Source: Candidatus Falkowbacteria bacterium HGW-Falkowbacteria-1 (GTDB lineage Bacteria > Patescibacteriota > Patescibacteriia > Patescibacteriales > UBA12465). Taken from it: DNA of 64,000 nt. The DNA is taken from assembly GCA_002840305.1 (NCBI GenBank), contig PHAI01000003.1, forward strand, positions 6,908 through 70,907. The letters run 5' to 3'. Under the pieces are notes generated by a model. It did no database searches, had not been told where the DNA came from, and saw only the letters and a program-made list of their open reading frames with translations. A program made the position numbers and the translations under genes. Shown one piece after another: positions 8,774 through 18,600 of the stretch (positions are counted from its first letter, which is position 1; every line of letters starts with the position of its first letter).

Positions 8774-10024
8774 TTATTTTTTAGCTACCTTCTTGTTTGC
8801 CTTTTCCTCTTTAGTCTCTTCAATTTTTTCCGTATTATCCTCCTTCTCAATCTTTTCTACTTTTTTAATTTCAGCCTCTTCTTCTTTTTCCTCTTTTTTT
8901 TCTTCAACATCATCATCTTCTTTTTTCTTCTTTGTCTTTTTACCGTCCACTAATTTTAAACCCAAACGATGATCACTAGGAGAAATGGAAATAATTTCAA
9001 ATTCTTTTTCTTCCCCAATTTTAAACATCTCGGCAATCTTGTCTTTTGAATTAGCTCCCAATTGAGTAACGTGAGCTAAGCCATGAATTTCATCATCAAG
9101 TTTTACAAACAAACCAAAAGGATTTATTTTCAAAACTATTCCCTTTACAATTTGCCCAATGCTATATTTCTCAACTGCCTTTTTCCATGGATCTTCAACT
9201 ATTTTTTTAGCACTTAAAAATATCTTATTATTATCAAGATTCACGATTTCAGCTCTTATTTCATCTCCCACTTTATACATCTTGTCCAAAGAATCAATTC
9301 TCTGCCAAGCTAATTCGGAAATATGAACTAATCCTTCCATACCCTCACCAAAGCTGATAAAGACACCAAAATTAGTAACAGCTGAAATTTTACCATCAAC
9401 AACCATTCCTAATTTATACTTATCAATAATATGTTTTTGTTTCTTGTTCCAAACATCCTTTTCACTAAATATAATCTTGTCAGACTCTTCTCCCAAGTTT
9501 ATAACATTTACTTCCATTTCATTACCGACAAAAGATTTTAATTTCTCCAATATTTTTTGTTTATCACCACCACTAACTCTAGGATAATTCTCTGGTGATA
9601 ATTGAGATACCGGCAAAAATCCAGTAATTTGATTATGCTTAACAAGCAAGCCTCCCTTATTGGCATCCAAGACTTTAACCTTTATAAGTTCCTTGTCTTT
9701 CAAAGCCTGTTCTAATTTAGCCCAAGCCTTTTCTTGCCCAGCCTGTCTAAATGACAACTCTAATTCTCCCATTTCATTTTCCTCATCAATAACGGTTGCC
9801 TCAACTTCTGCTCCTGGTTTTAAGCTATCAAACTCATCGTCATCAAAATACAATTCAGGACCACGAACAATACCAGTGAAAACACCGTCAATATCAATTC
9901 TAACTTCTGATTTTGAAGCTGAAATTATTTTTCCAATAACAGTATCCCCTGTTTTTGGAATTTTTATTTCATCTTTCTCCAACAAACTTGCTAGCAAGCT
10001 ATTGTTTTCTTCGTTGATATTCAT
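8774..10024 (-). CDS. rpsA: 30S ribosomal protein S1 (four S1 domains) with a long K/E-rich C-terminal tail
   Basis: S1-domain segments repeat (G..V.G.I...........G..G..H.SE). The tail reads KKTKKKKEDDDVEEKKEEKEEEAEIKKVEKIEKED... Confidence 0.85.
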   Translation of the reverse strand: MNINEENNSLLASLLEKDEIKIPKTGDTVIGKIISASKSEVRIDIDGVFTGIVRGPELYFDDDEFDSLKPGAEVEATVIDEENEMGELELSFRQAGQEKAWAKLEQALKDKELIKVKVLDANKGGLLVKHNQITGFLPVSQLSPENYPRVSGGDKQKILEKLKSFVGNEMEVNVINLGEESDKIIFSEKDVWNKKQKHIIDKYKLGMVVDGKISAVTNFGVFISFGEGMEGLVHISELAWQRIDSLDKMYKVGDEIRAEIVNLDNNKIFLSAKKIVEDPWKKAVEKYSIGQIVKGIVLKINPFGLFVKLDDEIHGLAHVTQLGANSKDKIAEMFKIGEEKEFEIISISPSDHRLGLKLVDGKKTKKKKEDDDVEEKKEEKEEEAEIKKVEKIEKEDNTEKIEETKEEKANKKVAKK

Positions 10025-10210
10025 AATAATTATTTTTTTATCTGTAATTGGACCTAAAAGATTACAAACAAAAAAAGATTGAATTAACCTTGATCAATTT
10101 TAGATCAAAAGCCCCTTGGGCACCTAAAAACCAAGGATTTTTATAAAAGGCGCATATTAAATTTAAATTCTGTTTATATAATATATTATAATTTAAAAAA
10201 ATGCAAGAAC

Positions 10211-11476
10211 CTAAACCTTTAAATATTTCTTTAAATCAAATTTAAAATCATCCCCAATAACAGCTAAATTTAATCTGTCATTAGTAAAAATATTTTTTGA
10301 CACCCTCATTATGTCTTCTACTGAAACTTTTTTCATCTTTTTTAAAAATTCATCTGGTGATAAAAATTTGTCTGAAAATGGAAATTGGCGACCATACCAA
10401 GAAGTAAAATCATCAGTGCCCTCCAGTCCTAAAATCATTTTTCCTGACAGCAAATCCTTGGCCTTGGTTATTTCTTCCTTGGAAACCATCTCTGTTTTCA
10501 ATAGTTTATACTGATCCAAAATAACTTCCATTGATTCTTTAAGTTTATTTTTTGGAATTCCAGCTTGTACACTTATGTATCCACTATCACTATAAAATTC
10601 AGCGCCAGAATGAACATAATAAGCCAATCCCCCTCGTTCGCGAAGCTCGATAAACAAACGAGAACTCATCGATCCTCCTAAAATAATTGATAACAACTTT
10701 AAAATCATTTCATCTTTGTGCCCGGCAGGAAAAGACCTAAACCCAAGAGAAATTGTCATCTGATCAGTTTTTTTTCTCTTAACCTTGAAGCATGGTTCTT
10801 TCTGTTTTTCAACAACTTTTATTTTATTCTTATAATTGTTTTTCTTAATCCCAGCAAATTTTTCATTTAGCTCTTTCTTTATATTCTTTTCTTCAAAATC
10901 ACCAGCCACAAATAACCCCATACTCTTAACCCCGTATTGGCTAGAAAAATAATTCAAAAAATCTTTCCTCTGTAGCTTTAAAATATTTTCTTTAAAACCA
11001 ATAGTGTCCCATCCAGCCGGAGTATCTCCATAAAGACATCCCTCGAAAACATCTTCAATATACATCATTGGGTTATCTTCGTACATGTTCAGTTCTTCCA
11101 TAATTACACCCCTCTCTCTGTCTATTTCTTCTTGCTCAAACTTAGAATTAATAAGCATATCGCTCAAGATGTCTAATGCTATACCAAATTTTGCTTTTTG
11201 AGATTTAACATAATAACCAGTATATTCTTTGCCCGTGAAAGCATTGAACTCCGCACCAATAGAATCAAGTCCGCCAGAAATTTTTAAAGTTGTTGGCCTC
11301 TTTTTAGTGCCTTTAAAGAACATATGCTCCAAAAAATGAGACAGTCCAGAATTTTTTCTGTTTTCATATCTTGATCCAGTTTTATACATGGCCAAAACAG
11401 TGGCCGACTTAGCCTTAGGAATTTTTACCAAAAAAACAGGCAAAGAATTTTTTAAAATAATCTTTTTAAATTTCAT
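10211..11476 (-). CDS. M16 family (insulinase/pitrilysin-like) zinc peptidase
   Basis: The inverted zinc motif HFLEHMFFKGT (HxxEH) is present, and the length of ~420 aa is typical of the family. Confidence 0.9.
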   Translation of the reverse strand: MKFKKIILKNSLPVFLVKIPKAKSATVLAMYKTGSRYENRKNSGLSHFLEHMFFKGTKKRPTTLKISGGLDSIGAEFNAFTGKEYTGYYVKSQKAKFGIALDILSDMLINSKFEQEEIDRERGVIMEELNMYEDNPMMYIEDVFEGCLYGDTPAGWDTIGFKENILKLQRKDFLNYFSSQYGVKSMGLFVAGDFEEKNIKKELNEKFAGIKKNNYKNKIKVVEKQKEPCFKVKRKKTDQMTISLGFRSFPAGHKDEMILKLLSIILGGSMSSRLFIELRERGGLAYYVHSGAEFYSDSGYISVQAGIPKNKLKESMEVILDQYKLLKTEMVSKEEITKAKDLLSGKMILGLEGTDDFTSWYGRQFPFSDKFLSPDEFLKKMKKVSVEDIMRVSKNIFTNDRLNLAVIGDDFKFDLKKYLKV

Positions 11477-11595
11477 AGATTTAAAGTATAAAAAAAGTAT
11501 AAGAAAAATTTATCTTAATGATAACAAGTACATGATATAATAAAAAAAAATGAAAGTCCATTTCTTTCAAATAAACCAGTTATTAAATATTTGAT

Positions 11596-12312
11596 ATGTC
11601 TTACAAAATAAAAAATTCAAACATTATAGTCAACCGTAATAAAAAATACAGCATAACAACAGTACGAGACAGGGAAAAGAATGATAGGCCGAGAGAAAAA
11701 ATGTTGAGGCTCGGAGCCGAAACACTCTCTTCGCCCGAGCTTTTAGCTATTATTCTAAATACCGGAACAAAAAAAGAAGAAGTTATAAATATGGCCGATC
11801 GCATCCTCAAGGAATACGGAAAAAATTCGATTATCAATGAAAAAAACCCAAACAATCTTGAAAAAGAATTTGGTTTACCAATAGTAAAATCTTGCCAAAT
11901 AGTAGCCTGTTTTGAATTGGGAAAAAGATTTTTCAAAAAAGAAGGGCTTGAAACAACAACTATCAGGAATGCCAAACAGGCCTTTGACCATCTAAAAGAT
12001 ATGGGCAAACTGAATAAAGAACATTTTCGAGGTCTTTATTTAAACAGCAGATACAAACTAATTCATAGCGAAATAATATCCATGGGCACTCTTGATACTG
12101 GCATTATACATCCAAGAGAAGTTTTTAGACCAGCCCTAGAATATTCCTCTAGTGCCATAATTATAGCTCATAACCACCCATCAGGGATATTAAAAGCCAG
12201 TAGCGAAGATTTGGAAGTAAACAAAAAACTTAACGAAGCGGGAAGAATTTTGGGGATTGAAATTTTAGATCATTTAATCATTTCTAAAAATAAATTTGTA
12301 AGTTTACTATAA
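11596..12312 (+). CDS. radC: RadC-like JAB-domain protein
   Basis: The N-terminal HhH segment reads PREKMLRLGAETLSSPELLAIIL. The C-terminal JAMM motif is IIAHNHPSG...S.ED. Confidence 0.9.
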   Translation: MSYKIKNSNIIVNRNKKYSITTVRDREKNDRPREKMLRLGAETLSSPELLAIILNTGTKKEEVINMADRILKEYGKNSIINEKNPNNLEKEFGLPIVKSCQIVACFELGKRFFKKEGLETTTIRNAKQAFDHLKDMGKLNKEHFRGLYLNSRYKLIHSEIISMGTLDTGIIHPREVFRPALEYSSSAIIIAHNHPSGILKASSEDLEVNKKLNEAGRILGIEILDHLIISKNKFVSLL

Positions 12313-12548
12313 TGAATGAAAAAAAATATAAAATAAAAAATAATACTCTGATAATAAGAGATCGAAAAAGCGCCAAGACACACATCAAACAGGGCGATTA
12401 TTTTGGCACTATAGCTACCATTTTGAATCTTCTAAGCCAAGACAAATTTATAAAAAATACGAAAGAGCTCAAAAAATATCTAAAAAAAATAAGCAAAGAA
12501 CTTGAATATTTGCAAAAAAATTTTGACATAAAAAAAAGCCTTAAGTGA
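12312..12548 (+). CDS. Hypothetical small protein (start overlaps the radC stop, TAATG)
   Basis: This is an ORF only, with translational coupling to radC. No motif was recognised. Confidence 0.4.
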   Translation: MNEKKYKIKNNTLIIRDRKSAKTHIKQGDYFGTIATILNLLSQDKFIKNTKELKKYLKKISKELEYLQKNFDIKKSLK

Positions 12549-12562
12549 AATCCTAAGGCTTT
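12529..12562 (-). terminator. Rho-independent terminator for the 12595..13482 gene
   Basis: The 8-bp stem aagcctta / taaggctt is followed on the minus strand by T8. It overlaps the 3' end of the convergent small ORF. Confidence 0.8.
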
Positions 12563-12594
12563 ACGAAATATTTTGAAACGTTTAGCTGTAATGC

Positions 12595-13482
12595 CTAACG
12601 TTTTTGTTTTTCCAAAAAAGCTAAATGCGAATCAATCGCTTCGGCCAGCTCTATTGGATTAATTTTAGAAGGTGAAAAAACCGGACTCTTTCTGCTCCCT
12701 CGGCAAAACAATCTCCCATCAGGATGAGCAAACCATTTTTCTCCATCTCCGATTTCTTCGCCATGAGACAAAACAAATTGACGAACGAATCCATCATCAG
12801 CTTTAAAATCATCTCCCCTGGTTAAAATTCCCATATTAAATTCATCTACATAAATAACCGCTTTAAAACCATGCTTGTTTAAAAGACTGCTGTTTATGCG
12901 AACTTTGGGATTCCTGTTCAAGGCAACTTTACCGAAAACCTCAATTGATTTTTCAGTATTTTCTCTTTCCTTCCGAAATGAGACCTCCAGGTTTAAATAA
13001 TTATCGAGATTATCAAAAAATCTTGAACAAATCTCATGATCATTATACCTAGTGTGATAACCATGTAAAACGGTCAACAGGCCAACAAAAGAAAAAAAAG
13101 TTAACTTGTTTTTTTCAGGGACGTCCATGTCCCGCCAAAACTCAACCCCATCAGAATCGTGACCATCAATAAAGCGAGCCAAGGGACCCAAAACCTCTTT
13201 TTCCTCATTTTGAAGATAGGTTTTTTTAAAAAGAGCCATGAAACAAGATCCGGCTTTACCGTTTCTTCTTTTGTTACCCTTTATCCCTTTTCCACCAGCA
13301 TTAATGTCTAAAGCATAATCTCCCTTTTCCATTTCTTTGCCGTCCCAATTTGCAGGTTTAAAAATGATGTCGACCTCTTTTTCAGTTTTGCCCAAGATAA
13401 ACCTAAGCGTAAACCAAGCAGAAGCCGCCGCATCAATATCTACCGATATGTGCGTAAAGACTTTTGTCCTTTTTCCTTCCAT
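12595..13482 (-). CDS. Hypothetical protein, possibly a remote DHH/MYG1-like phosphoesterase
   Basis: This is a long clean ORF with its own terminator. THISVDIDAAAS, ALDINAGG and IDGHDSDG loosely resemble DHH motifs I-III, but the match is weak. Confidence 0.55.
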   Translation of the reverse strand: MEGKRTKVFTHISVDIDAAASAWFTLRFILGKTEKEVDIIFKPANWDGKEMEKGDYALDINAGGKGIKGNKRRNGKAGSCFMALFKKTYLQNEEKEVLGPLARFIDGHDSDGVEFWRDMDVPEKNKLTFFSFVGLLTVLHGYHTRYNDHEICSRFFDNLDNYLNLEVSFRKERENTEKSIEVFGKVALNRNPKVRINSSLLNKHGFKAVIYVDEFNMGILTRGDDFKADDGFVRQFVLSHGEEIGDGEKWFAHPDGRLFCRGSRKSPVFSPSKINPIELAEAIDSHLAFLEKQKR

Positions 13483-13729
13483 GATATATTATTTTTGTTT
13501 ATATTTTCAATGAACAACTCTTTTCAAGTCTAAAAAATACACTAAAAAACCGCTCATAAAAGAGCAACTGACTATTGTATCATATATTTAAAAAAATGTC
13601 AATACCAAAAAACAAAAACCAAGATTAACTCCTCCCTCACAATTGAATTATAATATAAAAAATGATACCATCTAAACAAAGACTGCAATAAAATATAGTT
13701 TTAACAATAAATTCTAAAGAATAAACATT

Positions 13730-16621
13730 ATGTCAGAAAAATTAATAATAATAGACGGCAATGCAATAATTCACAGAAGCTTTCACGCAATACCAACCAG
13801 TCTCCAAACAAAAGACGGCCTATTAACTAACGCCGCTTATGGTTTTGCAGCTTTTTTAATAAAAGCGTTGTCCGACATAAAACCTCAATATGCAGTACTG
13901 ACCCTGGATAGAAAAGAAGCAACATTTAGACACGAGAAATACAAAGAATATAAGGCCACCAGAGTAAAAGCGCCTCAAGAATTATATGACCAAATTCCAA
14001 TGGCCAAGGAAATAGCCTCGGCATTTGACATACCAATTTTTGAGTTAGCCGGATTCGAAGCCGATGATTTAATCGGTACAATAAGTAAAAAAATAAATGA
14101 AAAAAATCCTAAAATTGAAGTCATAATTATAACTGGAGACATGGACACCCTACAATTAGTAAATGAAAAAACCAAAGTTTATACTATGAGTAAAGGCTTG
14201 TCCGAGTCTATTCTATACAACGAAGAAAAAGTTTTAGAGAGATATAGTCTGAGACCAGAACAAATTGTAGATTTCAAAGCGTTAAAAGGTGATGCTAGCG
14301 ACAACATTCCAGGAGTTTCTGGCATAGGAGAAAAAACCGCTACCGATCTGTTGATAGAATTCGAAAATCTAGACAATATATACAAAAATATAAAAAGCCC
14401 AAAAATCAAAGAACGGACTAGAGAACTGTTAATCAGAGACAAAGAAGTGGCATATTTAAGCCAAGAACTAGCCACTATAGAGATAAATGCCCCAATAAAT
14501 CTAGACGTAGAAAAACTAAGAATAACAAATCTTGATAAAAATAAAATAAATCAAGTCTTCAGTAAACTAGAATTCAAGTCTTTGTTGTCCAGGGTACTAA
14601 ATTTAAACTTTATCAAAAACAAGGACAAAATGAGTAGCGAAATCGGGGAGGATGGCCTAATCCAAAAAACAGAAAACAAGTTTGAACGCAACAAAAAAGA
14701 CCTCAAGTACAAACTCATAAACAATGAAAAAAATTTTAAAAGCTTTATTGACAAAATAAAAAAAGAAAAAACATTTGCCATTGATACTGAAACGGATTCA
14801 CTCGACCCATTAAAGGCCAATTTATTAGGCCTCAGTTTCTCCTGGAAAAAAAACGAAGCCTACTTTATAAGCTTGAGATTAAAAAATAAAAATAATCTTT
14901 TAATAGAAAAAACAAAAACCCCGAGCCTCTTTGATAACGATAAAAACAAAATAAGCACAGAGAACAGCAACCCATGGTTAAAAGAATTAAAAAAAATAAT
15001 CGAGAACCAAGAAACTGAAAAAATAGGACACAACTTAAAATACGACCTACAAATTCTTCTTAATTATAACATTGAAATAAAAGGAAAAATATTTGACACG
15101 ATGATAGCGTCTTATCTTATTAACCCAGAAAACAGACAACATGGATTAGATTCTTTAAGCTTTTCAGAGCTCAATTGGGAAAAGATTAGTTCTGATGATT
15201 TATTAAAGGACAGCCCCTATAACCACGCCGCAACAGGCATAAGCGAAAAAACAAATAAAAAAGAAAAAATGTCTTTTGAACAAGTAGACATTGAAAAACT
15301 CTCTCTTTACTCCTGTGAAGACGCTGATTGCACTTTCAAATTGGGCGAAATTTTTAAAAAGAGACTAAAAGAAGAAAAACTAGAAAAAGTATTTAAAGAA
15401 ATAGAGATACCCTTGATAAAAATACTAGCGAACATGGAAAGAAACGGCATAACTCTTGATTTTAATTTTCTAGGAAAATTAGGAAAGTATTTAGACTCAG
15501 AAATAAAAAATACAAAAGAAAAAATATTCAAAGAGGCCAAAACTGAATTTAATATCAATTCCCCAAAACAACTAAAAGAAATTTTATACGAAAAAATGAA
15601 TCTAGATTCTAAGGGAATTAAAAAGACCAAAACTGGCCTTTCAACTGCCGCCGAAGAATTAGAAAAGATAAAGAATTTAAGTCCAATAGTCCCCCTAATC
15701 CAATATTATAGAGAGTTAAGTAAATTAAGTTCTACCTATGTTGAGTCTCTGCCCAAATTAATAAACAAAAACACCGGAAGAATACATACTAGTTTCAACC
15801 AGACAATTACAGCCACCGGACGCTTGTCTTCTTCCGACCCTAACTTACAGAATATTCCAACCAGAACTGACTTAGGTCAAAAAATAAGACAAGCATTTGT
15901 ATCTCCTGCCGGTTCTAAACTTTTAAGCATCGACTATTCACAAATAGAATTAAGAGTAATGGCTCATCTATCAGGAGATAAAAAACTAATAGAAGCTTTC
16001 AAAAATGACCAGGATATTCATCGTGCCACGGCAGCTTCTATTAACAATTTACCAGTAGACAAAATTGATTCTAAGCTTAGACATCAAGCAAAGGCCATTA
16101 ACTTCGGCATACTTTATGGCCAAGGCCCACATGGTTTAAGCCAAAATGCCGGAATATCCTATCAAGAGGCTAGAAACTTTATAGAAAAATATTTTCAAGT
16201 TTATTCTGGAGTTAAAAAATACACAGAAAAAATAATAGAAGACGCAAAAAAGAAAGGCTACACCGAAACAATGGCGGGAAGAAAAAGGTCAATACCAGAA
16301 ATAAACTCTAGCGAAATTATGAAAAAAAAGGCGGCAGAAAGAATGGCCATCAACAGCCCCATCCAAGGAGCTGCGGCAGATATCTTGAAAATGGCCATGA
16401 TAAAAATATATTCAGAAATAAAAGACAAACAAGACATAAAAATGCTTCTTCAGGTTCACGATGAGCTAATTTTTGAAATAAAAGAAGAAAAAATAAACGA
16501 CTACTATCTTCAAATAAAAGAAATAATGGAGAATATAGTTGAACTCAAAGTACCATTAACAGCAGAAGCTTATATCGGAAATAATTGGGGCCAAATGGAA
16601 AAAATAAAAAAGGCTTCATAA
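13730..16621 (+). CDS. polA: DNA polymerase I (5'-3' exonuclease, 3'-5' exonuclease-like and polymerase domains)
   Basis: The N-terminus has LIIIDGNAIIHRSFHA. Motif A is DYSQIELRVMAHLSGD, motif B is RHQAKAINFGILYG and motif C is QVHDELIFE. Confidence 0.97.
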   Translation: MSEKLIIIDGNAIIHRSFHAIPTSLQTKDGLLTNAAYGFAAFLIKALSDIKPQYAVLTLDRKEATFRHEKYKEYKATRVKAPQELYDQIPMAKEIASAFDIPIFELAGFEADDLIGTISKKINEKNPKIEVIIITGDMDTLQLVNEKTKVYTMSKGLSESILYNEEKVLERYSLRPEQIVDFKALKGDASDNIPGVSGIGEKTATDLLIEFENLDNIYKNIKSPKIKERTRELLIRDKEVAYLSQELATIEINAPINLDVEKLRITNLDKNKINQVFSKLEFKSLLSRVLNLNFIKNKDKMSSEIGEDGLIQKTENKFERNKKDLKYKLINNEKNFKSFIDKIKKEKTFAIDTETDSLDPLKANLLGLSFSWKKNEAYFISLRLKNKNNLLIEKTKTPSLFDNDKNKISTENSNPWLKELKKIIENQETEKIGHNLKYDLQILLNYNIEIKGKIFDTMIASYLINPENRQHGLDSLSFSELNWEKISSDDLLKDSPYNHAATGISEKTNKKEKMSFEQVDIEKLSLYSCEDADCTFKLGEIFKKRLKEEKLEKVFKEIEIPLIKILANMERNGITLDFNFLGKLGKYLDSEIKNTKEKIFKEAKTEFNINSPKQLKEILYEKMNLDSKGIKKTKTGLSTAAEELEKIKNLSPIVPLIQYYRELSKLSSTYVESLPKLINKNTGRIHTSFNQTITATGRLSSSDPNLQNIPTRTDLGQKIRQAFVSPAGSKLLSIDYSQIELRVMAHLSGDKKLIEAFKNDQDIHRATAASINNLPVDKIDSKLRHQAKAINFGILYGQGPHGLSQNAGISYQEARNFIEKYFQVYSGVKKYTEKIIEDAKKKGYTETMAGRKRSIPEINSSEIMKKKAAERMAINSPIQGAAADILKMAMIKIYSEIKDKQDIKMLLQVHDELIFEIKEEKINDYYLQIKEIMENIVELKVPLTAEAYIGNNWGQMEKIKKAS

Positions 16622-17170
16622 ATGAAACCTTAAAAAATTTTTTCCTTTAAATAACTTTAACCCCAGAATAATCAAAACTACTATAAAATAAACGAAAAAG
16701 AAAAGAATAAAGCTGAACAAAGCATAAATTGATCCGCACAAAAAGATAAGGACACAAACAATAAATATCAATATAAGAAAAAGTCTGTTCAAATTGTCAC
16801 CAATAAATTTGTACTTATCAATAAAAACATCCAGAACAAGATACAAAAAGATCAAAATGACCCACAAAAAAGGGTCGAGCCAACGCGAAATCGAATATTT
16901 CAGAAATGATAAAGAGGGAAAAACCTCTAAATCCTCTTGAGTCATACTTGGAACATCCCCTATTTTATAGTAATACAATAACCAAAAAAAACAGGGCCAA
17001 GACACAAAGAGGGCGGTTAATAGGAATTTTAGAAAAGAAAACCCGCTCCTAACTCTTTTCACTCCAATTCTTCTAATTAAAGAAATAAAGAAAATTCTAT
17101 TCTTTTCCTTGCTCAAAAACAAAGAAGAAAGAGATAGAATTAAAAACAAAAAAACAAATATTGTAATCAT
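16616..17170 (-). CDS. Hypothetical polytopic membrane protein
   Basis: The ORF has about 5 hydrophobic helices. It is convergent with polA and overlaps its end by 6 nt. Confidence 0.45.
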   Translation of the reverse strand: MITIFVFLFLILSLSSLFLSKEKNRIFFISLIRRIGVKRVRSGFSFLKFLLTALFVSWPCFFWLLYYYKIGDVPSMTQEDLEVFPSLSFLKYSISRWLDPFLWVILIFLYLVLDVFIDKYKFIGDNLNRLFLILIFIVCVLIFLCGSIYALFSFILFFFVYFIVVLIILGLKLFKGKNFLRFHL

Positions 17171-17280
17171 GGCAGAAACCTCCTCTTCTTTAGTTTTGTT
17201 TTATTTTTAATTTTAGTTTTCAAATAACTAATTTTAATATATACTAATACTATTAATAGAAAAAATCAAATTTAAAAAAT

Positions 17281-18600
17281 ATGAAAAATTTAGAAAATAA
17301 AAAAATAGCATTGTTAGGGCTAGGGATAGAAAACCAATCGCTTTTAAAGTTTTTACTTAAAAAAAATAAAGACTTAGACATAAGTATTTGCGACAAAAGA
17401 ACGAAAAGCGATTTAATAAAAATTTTGCAAAAAATAAATATTAAAAATTGGAAAAAAATAAAATTTCAAACAGAAAATAAATTTAATATAGAGCTAGATA
17501 AATTTAACATACTTTTCAGATCTCCTGGTTGGCCAATATTATGCCCAGGGATTCAAAAAGCAATAGAAAAAAACGTTGAACTTTCAAGTGCCATGAATTT
17601 GTTTTTCGAACTATGCCCTTCTAAAAACATAATTGGTGTAAGTGGTAGCAAGGGAAAAGGAACAACGGCCTCATTAATATATGAAATAATAAAAAACTCT
17701 GGAAAAAAATGTTTTTTAGGTGGGAACATAGGCATTGCTCCATTTGATTTTATTGAAAAAATAAAAAAGAATGATTTTGTCATCCTAGAACTTTCCAGTT
17801 TTCAATTAGAAGATTTAAATTATAGCCCCAAAATAGCCGTACTAAGCAATATCTTCAAGGAACATCTTTCCCCCGCCGATCCAAATAACCCAAATTTTCA
17901 CAAAAATTTTGAATCCTATACTGGAGCAAAAATGAATATCACCGCCAAACAAAGCAAAGGTGACTACCTGGTGGCCAACCAAAAAATAAAAATAATAGTT
18001 CAAAAATATAAAATAAAAAGTAAAATAATATATTTTACCAAATCAAAAAGTAAAAACATTTTAGCTGGTGACTTCAACAAGGAAAATATTGCTGCCGCCG
18101 AAAAGGTAGCTACACTTTTAAAAATAAATAAAAGTATAAGTCAAAAAACCATAAAAAATTTTAAAAATCTAGAACATCGCCTGGAATTAGTTAGAATTTT
18201 AAAGAACGTTACTTATTACGACAATAGCTTTTCTACCACCCCAGAAAGTACCATTGCTGATTTACAATCTTTTAAAAAAAATATAATACTACTAGCCGGT
18301 GGGTCTGACAAAGGCGCTAATTTTAAAAAACTGGCCAAAGAAATAAAAAAAAGAGTAAAATTAATTTTATTTTTCCCCGGCCAGGGATCGGAAAGAATGC
18401 ATAAAGAATTAAACAAAATTAATTTCCCAAAAAATAAAGTAAAAATGATAAATAGCATGACAGAAGCTGTAATTTCGGCCTATAAAAAATCACAAGAAAA
18501 AGATACAATATTGCTTTCAACAGCCTGCGCCAGCTTTGGAATCTTCAAAAATTACAAAGAAAGAGGAAATTTATTTAAAGATGAAGTTAAAAAATTATGA
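17281..18600 (+). CDS. murD: UDP-N-acetylmuramoylalanine--D-glutamate ligase
   Basis: The N-terminal Rossmann segment is KIALLGLGIENQS. Other Mur ligase features are the P-loop GVSGSKGKGTT, GGNIG and LEHRLELV. Confidence 0.85.
   Translation: MKNLENKKIALLGLGIENQSLLKFLLKKNKDLDISICDKRTKSDLIKILQKINIKNWKKIKFQTENKFNIELDKFNILFRSPGWPILCPGIQKAIEKNVELSSAMNLFFELCPSKNIIGVSGSKGKGTTASLIYEIIKNSGKKCFLGGNIGIAPFDFIEKIKKNDFVILELSSFQLEDLNYSPKIAVLSNIFKEHLSPADPNNPNFHKNFESYTGAKMNITAKQSKGDYLVANQKIKIIVQKYKIKSKIIYFTKSKSKNILAGDFNKENIAAAEKVATLLKINKSISQKTIKNFKNLEHRLELVRILKNVTYYDNSFSTTPESTIADLQSFKKNIILLAGGSDKGANFKKLAKEIKKRVKLILFFPGQGSERMHKELNKINFPKNKVKMINSMTEAVISAYKKSQEKDTILLSTACASFGIFKNYKERGNLFKDEVKKL

Noticed and set aside
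8727-8972. Track ORFs 8727..8972(+) and 8765..8953(+), F/S/L-rich.
   Set aside because: They are the reverse complement of the K/E-rich tail of rpsA and of its terminator region. This is the typical antisense artefact of low-complexity coding sequence. The same applies to 24040..24375(-) and 24062..24307(-) opposite the rpsP tail.
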